A stretch of 64,000 nt of DNA from Eukaryota sp. TZLM1-RC (lineage: Eukaryota; Protista; Metamonada: BaSk clade): the NCBI GenBank assembly GCA_040285825.1, contig JAUPSS010000001.1, forward strand, positions 1,240,001-1,304,000, in the 5' to 3' direction. Below the pieces are notes generated by a model. It searched no databases and was not told the DNA's origin. It saw nothing but the letters and a program-made list of their open reading frames with translations. The position numbers and the translations under genes were made by a program. Positions 55,801 through 64,000 of this stretch are shown piece after piece (the stretch's first letter is position 1; every line of letters starts with the position of its first letter).

Positions 55801-58800
55801 AAATCCAAGGCGAACTGTCCAATGTTGCCAAAAATCGAAAAGGCAAAGGGAACAAACGAAAACTTTGAGTAAAGATTCTTATTTAAATCATTTAATATCC
55901 CAGTTTATTTATCTCTTTTACGATCTTCAGCCTTGTTTAAATGACCATTAGTGCTAGGTAAAAAATCATCACGATAAATAAAAGCAAAATGATCAACTGT
56001 AGTAAAATCAACAACAACTAGAGAGGACTCCACAAAAGGAGCAATTAAAACACCTCGACGTGAATTAAACAGATTATTATCGCTATAATGCTTCAACAAC
56101 GTTTCTACTTTGCAACTAAAACTGTAACAATTGAACATCTCATACCCTCACATCACGAACGGCATTATGAAGAATTGACCGATATTGAAGGAATTTCTGA
56201 CAACTAACAATATGACGGAAATTGGTAGTAGGTTTTTCAAACAGAATTGCCCAAAGGAACACTTGGATACAACCCTAATCTCAACCGCATGTTTTGTTTC
56301 CAAGCTTCATTTGTTAAGTGCAGACCAAATGGCCTTGGTTGCTGAGATATTAAACTAGTGCAGTTCTGGCTTTTTTTTCTTTTGCTTTTTTTGGTCTGAA
56401 TGCATGGTGCTTGATCAGTGAGGGTGATTCTGAAGATTGGGCATTTTAGGTTTTGGTGGATCTTGATTTTGCATGTTATTCGCAAAAATTTCCTTTTGTG
56501 AGAAATTGTTACTGTGATTTTAACAACAATATTGATTTTCTACGCAGAATCAAATCAAATCAAACTAAAGCACATAAGAAACAAAATTATTTGGGCTTCT
56601 GTACAAAGCGAAAATGATACGATTCTTCCATAAATTCCCTGCAAAATTGTTACCATTTGAACGACACAAATTACCAAAATCATTGATAAAATCCAAGGCG
56701 AACTGTCCAATGTTGACAAAAATCGAAAAGGCAAAGAGAACAAACGAAAACTTTGAGTAAAGATTCTTATTTAAATCATTTAATATCCCAGTTTATTTAT
56801 CTCTTTTACGATCTTCAGCCTTGTTTAAATGACCATTAGTGCTAGGTAAAACATCATCACGATAAATAAAAGCAAAATGATCAACTGTAGTAAAATCAAC
56901 AACAACTAGAGAGGACTCCACAAAAGGAGCAATTAAAACACCTCGACCTGAATTAAACAGATTATTATCGCTATAATGCTTCAACAACGTTTCTACTTTG
57001 CAACTAAAACTGTAACAATTGAACATCTCATACCCTCACATCACGAACGGCATTATGAAGAATTGACCGATATTGAAGGAATTTCTGACAACTAACAATA
57101 TGACGGAAATTGGTAGTAGGTTTTTCAAACAGAATTGCCCAAAGGAACACTTGGATACAACCCTAATCTCAACCGCATGTTTTGTTTCCAAGCTTCATTT
57201 GTTAAGTGCAGACCAAATGGCCTTGGTTGCTGAGATATTAAACTAGTGTAGTTCTGGCTTTTTTTTCTTTTGCTTTTTTTGGTCTGAATGCATGGTGCTT
57301 GATCAGTGAGGGTGATTCTGAAGATTGGGCATTTTAGGTTTTGGTGGATCTTGATTTTGCATGTTACTCGCAAAAATTTCCTTTTGTGAGAAATTGTTAC
57401 TGTGATTTTAACAACAATATTGATTTTCTACACAGAATCAAATCAAATCAAACTAAAGCACATAAGAAACAAAATTATTTGGGCTTCTGTACAAAGCGAA
57501 AATGATACGATTCTTCCATAAATTCCCTGCAAACTTCTTACCATTCAAACGACACAAATTACCAAAATCATTGATAAAATCCAAGGCGAACTGTCCAATG
57601 TTGACAAAAATCGAAAAGGCAAAGAGAACAAACGAAAACTTTGAGTAAAGATTCTTATTTAAATCATTTAATATCCCAGTTTATTTATCTCTTTTACGAT
57701 CTTCAGCCTTGTTTAAATGACCATTAGTGCTAGGTAAAAAATCATCACGATAAATAAAAGCAAAATGATCAACTGTAGTAAAATCAACAACAACTAGAGA
57801 GGACTCCACAAAAGGAGCAATTAAAACACCTCGACGTGAATTAAACAGATTATTATCGCTATAATGCTTCAACAACGTTTCTACTTTGCAACTAAAACTG
57901 TAACAATTGAACATCTCATACCCTCACATCACGAACGGCATTATGAAGAATTGACCGATATTGAAGGAATTTCTGACAACTAACAATATGACGGAAATTG
58001 GTAGTAGGTTTTTCAAACAGAATTGCCCAAAGGAACACTTGAATACAACCCTAATCTCAACCGCATGTTTTGTTTCCAAGCTTCATTTGTTAAGTGCAGC
58101 CCAAATGGCCTTGGTTGCTGAGATATTAAACTAGTGCAGTTCTGGCTTTTTTTTCTTTTGCTTATTTTGGTCTGAATGCATGGTGCTTGATCAGTGAGGG
58201 TGATTCTGAAGATTGGGCATTTTAGGTTTTGGTGGATCTTGATTTTGCATGTTACTCGCAAAAATTTCCTTTTGTGAGAAATTGTTACTGTGATTTTAAC
58301 AACAATATTGATTTTCTACACAGAATCAAATCAAATCAAACTAAAGCACATAAGAAACAAAATTATTTGGGCTTCTGTACAAAGCGAAAATGATACGATT
58401 CTTCCATAAATTCCCTGCAAACTTCTTACCATTCAAACGACACAAATTACCAAAATCATTGATAAAATCCAAGGCGAACTGTCCAATGTTGCCAAAAATC
58501 GAAAAGGCAAAGGGAACAAACGAAAACTTTGAGTAAAGATTCTTATTTAAATCATTTAATATCTCAGTATATTTATCTCTTTTACGATCTTCAGCCTTGT
58601 TTAAATGACCATTAGTACTAGGTAAAACATCATCACGATAAATAAAAGCAAAGGGATCAACTGTAGTAAAATCAACAACAACTTGAGAGGACTCCACAAA
58701 AGGAGCAATTAAATCACCTCGACGTGAATTAAACAGATTATTATCGCTATAATGCTTCAACAACGGTTCTACTTTGCAACTAAAATTGTAACACTTGAAC

Positions 58801-60230
58801 ATCTCATATGTCACATCACGAACGGCATTATGAAGAACTGACCTATATTGGAGAAATTTCTTACAGCTCACAATATGACGGAAATTGGCAGTAGGTTTTT
58901 TGTTACAAATACAATAAGAATTGTCCAAAAGACCACTTGGATACATCCCTAATCTCAACCGCATGTTTTGTTTCCAAGCTTCATTTGTTAAGTGCAGACC
59001 AAATGGCCTTGGTTGCTGAGATATTAAACTAGTGCAGTTCTGGCTTTTTTTTCTTTTGCTTTTTTTGGTCTGAATGCATGGTGCTTGATCAGTGAGGGTG
59101 ATTCTGAAGATTGGGCATTTTAGGTTTTGGTGGATCTTGATTTTGCATGTTACTCGCAAAAATTTCCTTTTGTGAGAAATTGTTACTGTGATTTTAGCAA
59201 CAATATTGATTTTCTACGCAGAATCAAATCAAATCAAACTAAAGCTCATAAGAAACAAAATTATTTGGGCTTCTGTACAAAGCGAAAAAGATACGATTCT
59301 TCCATAAATTCCCTGCAAACTTCTTACCATTTGAACGACACAAATTACCAAAATCATTGATGAAATCCAAGGCGAACTGTCCAATGTTGCCAAAAATCGA
59401 AAAGGCAAAGAGAACAAACGAAGGCTATGAGCAAAGATTTTTATTTAAATCATTTAATATTTCAGTATATTTATCCTTTTTACGATCTTCAGCCTTGTTT
59501 AAATAACCATTAGCACTAGGTAAAACATCATCACGATAAATAAAAGCGAAGGTTTCAACTGTAGTGAAATCAACAACATCTTGAGAGGACTTCACAAAAG
59601 GAGCAATTAAATCACCTCGACATGAATTAAACAGATTATTATCGCTATAATGCTTCAACAACGGTTCTACTTTGCACATAAAATTGTAACACTTGAACAT
59701 CTCATATGCCACATCACGAACGACATTATGAAGAACTGACCTATGTTGGAGAAATTTCTTACAGCTCACAATATGACGGAAATTGGCAGTAGGTTTTTTG
59801 TTACAAATACAATAAGAATTGTCCAAAAGACCACTTGGATACATCCCTAATCTCAACCGCATCTTTTGTTTCCAAGCTTCATTTGTTAAGTGAAGACAAA
59901 ATGGCCTTGGTTGCTGACATTATTAAACTAGTGCAGTTCTGGATGTCTGATTTAAAGGCAGCAAAAACGGGATTATTAATCTTAGTCACACTAAGTCGTT
60001 TACAAAAATCCAAGTCTTCAAAACCAATAAGAACAGACTTCTGTATTTTCACAACAGCAAGTTGAAGATTGGTAAAAGATCTCGAAGGTACAGAAGGAAA
60101 ACATTTATTCCACACATCAACAGGTAGTTCCTGCACCATGTTTTCAAGAAAAATTAATGAAGGATGTGATTCATTCAAAGGAATATGATCAAAACGAAGT
60201 TTCCACTCAAAAAGAAAATTTTTCATACAT
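52852..60230 (-). repeat. Tandem array of family D retroelement 3' ends plus downstream flank; ~888-bp unit, 7 units and a longer terminal copy
   Basis: ggtctga unit boundaries at 52852, 53727, 54616, 55505, 56393, 57281, 58169, 59067; each internal junction carries a T-rich (minus-strand A-rich) tract. Confidence 0.95.
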
Positions 60231-61176
60231 GATAAAGTTATTTACCCATCACCCTCTTCACGAACTACACAAAGTCAATTCATTCAATATTTGAAATGTC
60301 AAGTCATTTAGATTGATATACTGAATTGATGCAAACAATTCGCAGGAATGCTTTTGATAATCTATTGTTGATTAAATACTAAATATACTTTTCATCAGAA
60401 AACCCTATTAACATGGTATTAAGATATCAGTTATTTTATATTCCTATGTGAAACGAAAAGTAACAATTCATACAAGGCTATTGAAAACAATAATATTCCA
60501 ATATGCCCAAACAATTTGATTCAACCAGGACATGTGATCACCACTGTGTTGACCAATTACACAATATTTCTTTTATTGTTGTCAAGTCATCATTTAATGA
60601 CTAACACTATTAGCCTTGGACAATATTTATAATAGTTTATTTATAGTTTATTATTAGTATTTGTATTATTGCGCCCATGCGCTTAAGCTTGAGGAAATCC
60701 TTATTTCCTTGTAATAAATTACTCTACTTTTCATATAAGGTCATGTCCCGTCATAACACCCGCAGATCATCAACACTGTATTTCAAACTGTATTGCAAAA
60801 TGTGTTTTGAATATTGCATAATCTAGCAAGATTTCTCTTCAAATTTGGATCATCCACATTAAGAAAAACAAGTTGACAAATCTATGTAAACAACTTTCTA
60901 GTTGTCACCAACGCTACCTTGCAAGCTCCAAAATAATCGATTGATTTTACTATTGGCGAAATTTAAAATACACCTCAACCACCAGGTTGTAGGCGTGTAA
61001 TGTAAAATTGCACATAAAGTCTTAGAGCATAAGTAGATTTGACAAGCCTTCAAAGTTACTTTTCACAAATTGAGTAAGTTTGTGACATTTCATCAATGGC
61101 AGACTCACTACTCGCATTATTAGTCAATTACATATTTGATGAAACAAAAACCTTATCCCAACTTCCTGTATTAACA

Positions 61177-61662
61177 CTACACAAAGGCTGTTTGTTTCCA
61201 GTCTGTGTGGACACCAAGTATGAACTGTTCTCCTTTCCTGGCTTCTTGCACTGACCATTCTGCCATACCATCGAAAGTTGCTCTCCACTCAACACTCAAC
61301 ACATGAGCAAACTCAACCAGTAAGTTTTCCATGTTGTATTCCACTGTTCTGTTTGTGTCATAAAATCCTTCCCAGCAAACAGATCCTTGGTAAATGCCTC
61401 CACCAGATAGCTTTGGGGAAATGATACGACACCAGGGCGGGGATCGAGTGACTGATGTGTAGGACTGAGCAAACTTAAGCTCTAGAAGCACTCCTTGAGT
61501 ACCGGTTGACGACAGCTGTTGATACAGTTGAGAACTCGAATCAAAGCAACAGGTCTTGATCACAACTCTCCAAAGGTAGATGTTGTCATCAACAAGAGAA
61601 ACTGTGAAGAACTGTTGGTTTGATTGTAGGGAGCGGTACTCAGTAACGAGTGATTTGTTCAT
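61177..61662 (-). CDS. Ubiquitin-conjugating enzyme-like protein, UBE2Q-like
   Basis: LVDDNIYLWRV, FD.SS.L..QL, LLELKF, PPWCRIISP, GGIYQGSVCWE (putative catalytic Cys). Confidence 0.8.
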   Translation of the reverse strand: MNKSLVTEYRSLQSNQQFFTVSLVDDNIYLWRVVIKTCCFDSSSQLYQQLSSTGTQGVLLELKFAQSYTSVTRSPPWCRIISPKLSGGGIYQGSVCWEGFYDTNRTVEYNMENLLVEFAHVLSVEWRATFDGMAEWSVQEARKGEQFILGVHTDWKQTAFV

Positions 61663-62493
61663 AAGAAACTGTAATTTACAGTTGAGAACTGTAAAATTTT
61701 CAATAAAGTTTCAAGGTATCTTGAAATAGGTTTCAACTCCTTGATGTCAAGCGTCACAAGTAGTTGAAAGCCATTGTGCCAACAATCGAGTGGGTGACCT
61801 TTGATAAATCTGGAAAACTTTGGTTGAAAGTGAAACAACTAATATATCTACATCCTGATCCTTGGTAAATAGTATAAATTTTAGTAAAAACCGTTCAGTT
61901 ACCTCTAAATTAATCATGTGATACAATGAATTGTACAAAATCCATCATATTTGCATTCTCTAAAATGTGTGAACTATGAATCTATTACCCTTAATTTATT
62001 TTGCTTTTATTTGATTTTCCAAAGCCATTTTTATATGTGTATGTATTTGATTATTTGGTTAATGAAATAGTTTATTGTGATGAAGATGCGATTAATCATC
62101 TCCAGAACCATTAGCTTGTGTTGTGGTTCTCTCGAATTTATTTGATTATATACATTCATTAAAAATTTGTCCTTTTCCTATTTTTTTTTAAAAAACTTAT
62201 TTATTTTCTGTCTTTTTCCTTTTATTTATTTATCTTTAATTATATTATTTTTCTCTTTCTTGATAACTAGAGACAAAGTCTCAATATCTATGAAGATTTT
62301 TGAAACATCATTTGTGTTAAAAAGTTATATATCAAAAGATAATGAAACGCATCCCCTCAATTACTTGTATAAAATAATTGCTTCAGTTACCATCAAAAAT
62401 CAAACTCAATCTATGATCCTTTATACTAAAATTCCATGTCATTTGATCTATTAAGCATCATTATACAGTCAAAATCACTGATGAGAATGGTTT

Positions 62494-62937
62494 TCAAGAA
62501 ATACCAGCTGCTTCTTCAAAAGACTGTTCTTCTAGTTCAGAGTCATATTCTTCAATGATCTTTCCTTTTTGTCCAACACTTAACACCTCTTCATGATCCT
62601 CAACAAACCTAACTTCTTGATAGCTAGGTTCCCATAGTTCGACCACTTCCTCTGTAGTTCTACTTGCTGATGCTTTATGGTGTTTTACCTTCCATGGAAA
62701 GGCACTCAGTTGACGACATTTAAAGTGAACTGCATCTGTTGTATCTTCTTCACATAAAATCATTTTGTTCAGACGTTCTGGTGCATCTCTCATAGTTTTA
62801 GAATACAGTTTGATTTTGATTTTGTCTTCGAGGTGAAATCCTGGCAGTTCTGATGTTACAAATTTACTGGTTTCTTTGATCTTGAAGTCACCTTGATGGT
62901 TTGAGTAGAAACGTCCTAGTTGTGGAGAACGAGACAT
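62494..62937 (-). CDS. Hypothetical protein (duplicate of 44324-44767)
   Basis: 147-aa ORF, highly similar to copy A. Confidence 0.5.
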   Translation of the reverse strand: MSRSPQLGRFYSNHQGDFKIKETSKFVTSELPGFHLEDKIKIKLYSKTMRDAPERLNKMILCEEDTTDAVHFKCRQLSAFPWKVKHHKASASRTTEEVVELWEPSYQEVRFVEDHEEVLSVGQKGKIIEEYDSELEEQSFEEAAGIS

Positions 62938-63503
62938 TGTTGAAATAAAAGCTAGTGGAAAACCTGATCAAAAAGGATATCTCTTAATGTCAAACATGTA
63001 AAATGCATTGTTCACACAATGTCTGAGTTGTGTTACGATAGTAATTCCTACCGGTGTAATGTGTGGTTCTTTATGTACAGATAAGTAATAAGTAATCCAA
63101 AAAGAATCAGCTGAAAAGGAGTTGCTTGACATTTCCATCAATTTTGAGTTTGATGAATTTCGATAAAGAGTACAAGAGGATTTGAAGAACACCTAGAGCA
63201 AATCATTTGAAGATTTTGAAAATGAATCAGCAAAAATCATAATGGAACAAGTACAGTAAGTTTGCTGATTGTTCAGTGAATTATTTGACAACACATATCA
63301 TTTCAAGCAGAGGATGGTATAGGAGAAATCTATGAATCTTTTAAAACAATAAGATCAACATCATTATGTGGTCCTTTTGAAGTCACTAATTGATGAACAT
63401 TGATCACCAATAATCATGGAGATATTTGCTTTCACCAGTTTTCTACACAATCTCACTGGTGAAGTTCCGGAATTCAAAACAATTCCAAACAAACCTTGGG
63501 TTG

Positions 63504-64000
63504 ATGGGTCAACGTGCTAGTTCATTATCCAACAAGTCTGTTTCCAGGGCTGATGTATCTTCAGACACACAGCTCATTCCTCAAAATGCATCCTCTTCCC
63601 CTTTTAATTCCCGATCCGGGCCATCAGATTCAGGGGAGATTGGTAAACCCCATACGAACAACATGTCTTCGCAATACAGTGAAACCTCCACTATCTCGCC
63701 TTCGTTGAAGCAACGTTCGGCCGATACACTTCCCGATCGATCGGATCCAGTGGTTGGAGTCAAGTGTATTTCAAGTTGTTATGGCCATACCCTCCTTCTT
63801 ACTTATTCTGGTGAAGTTTATGGTTGGGGCGATAATGATTATGGTCAAGTTTTATATAGTGGACGGGAAGCAATCAAATCACCAATCAAATTACCATTAA
63901 CTAATATCATTTCCATTTCGGCTGGTGTTCACCGCTCCCTTGCCCTCTCATCTAAGGGTAAGTTGTATGGTTGGGGTTGGAATAGGTTTTATCAAATTAA
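63504..64000 (+). CDS. RCC1-repeat gene, 5' part (runs off the window)
   Basis: Near-identical to 45018-45515; frame open to the window end. Confidence 0.75.
   Translation, partial: MGQRASSLSNKSVSRADVSSDTQLIPQNASSSPFNSRSGPSDSGEIGKPHTNNMSSQYSETSTISPSLKQRSADTLPDRSDPVVGVKCISSCYGHTLLLTYSGEVYGWGDNDYGQVLYSGREAIKSPIKLPLTNIISISAGVHRSLALSSKGKLYGWGWNRFYQI

Larger units (their letters stand above)
48137..64000. repeat. Segmental duplication, copy B (runs off the window)
   Basis: Starts aaatgagaaatgatcaaaaaatttg, matching 33261; same gene order as copy A. Confidence 0.9.

Overview
This is an AT-rich eukaryotic (protist-like) window. No introns are evident in the long ORFs. About 11.5-31 kb holds mostly single-copy genes: a GT92-like glycosyltransferase, MBF1, an acidic Mrc1-like protein, a TRIM-like RING/B-box protein, ESF1, and a C-terminal-motor kinesin with a degenerate switch II. 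These are interleaved with at least six families of RLE-type (CRE-like) non-LTR retrotransposon copies, a non-autonomous Mutator-like element and decayed RCC1-LRR paralogues. From ~33.26 kb to the window end lies a tandem segmental duplication (copy A ~33261-48136, copy B 48137->64000). Each copy carries, in order: a RING-kinase-coiled-coil-LRR gene, a tRNA-like Pol III (A-box/B-box) element with a hairpin, an independently expanded tandem array of retroelement 3' ends, a UBE2Q-like E2, a small unknown ORF and an RCC1-LRR gene. The most striking signal is in the two LRR arrays (11 and 13 units of 84 bp). The scaffold is nearly invariant at the nucleotide level. Four solvent-exposed beta-strand codons vary combinatorially, only at codon positions 1-2 (NNA, NAT, NNG, NNC). 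The two genes have also swapped their RING-kinase modules. This looks like a diversifying, VLR/NLR-like receptor-E3-kinase system, but the mechanism is not demonstrable from this window. Many frameshifts fall in homopolymer runs and may be assembly errors.
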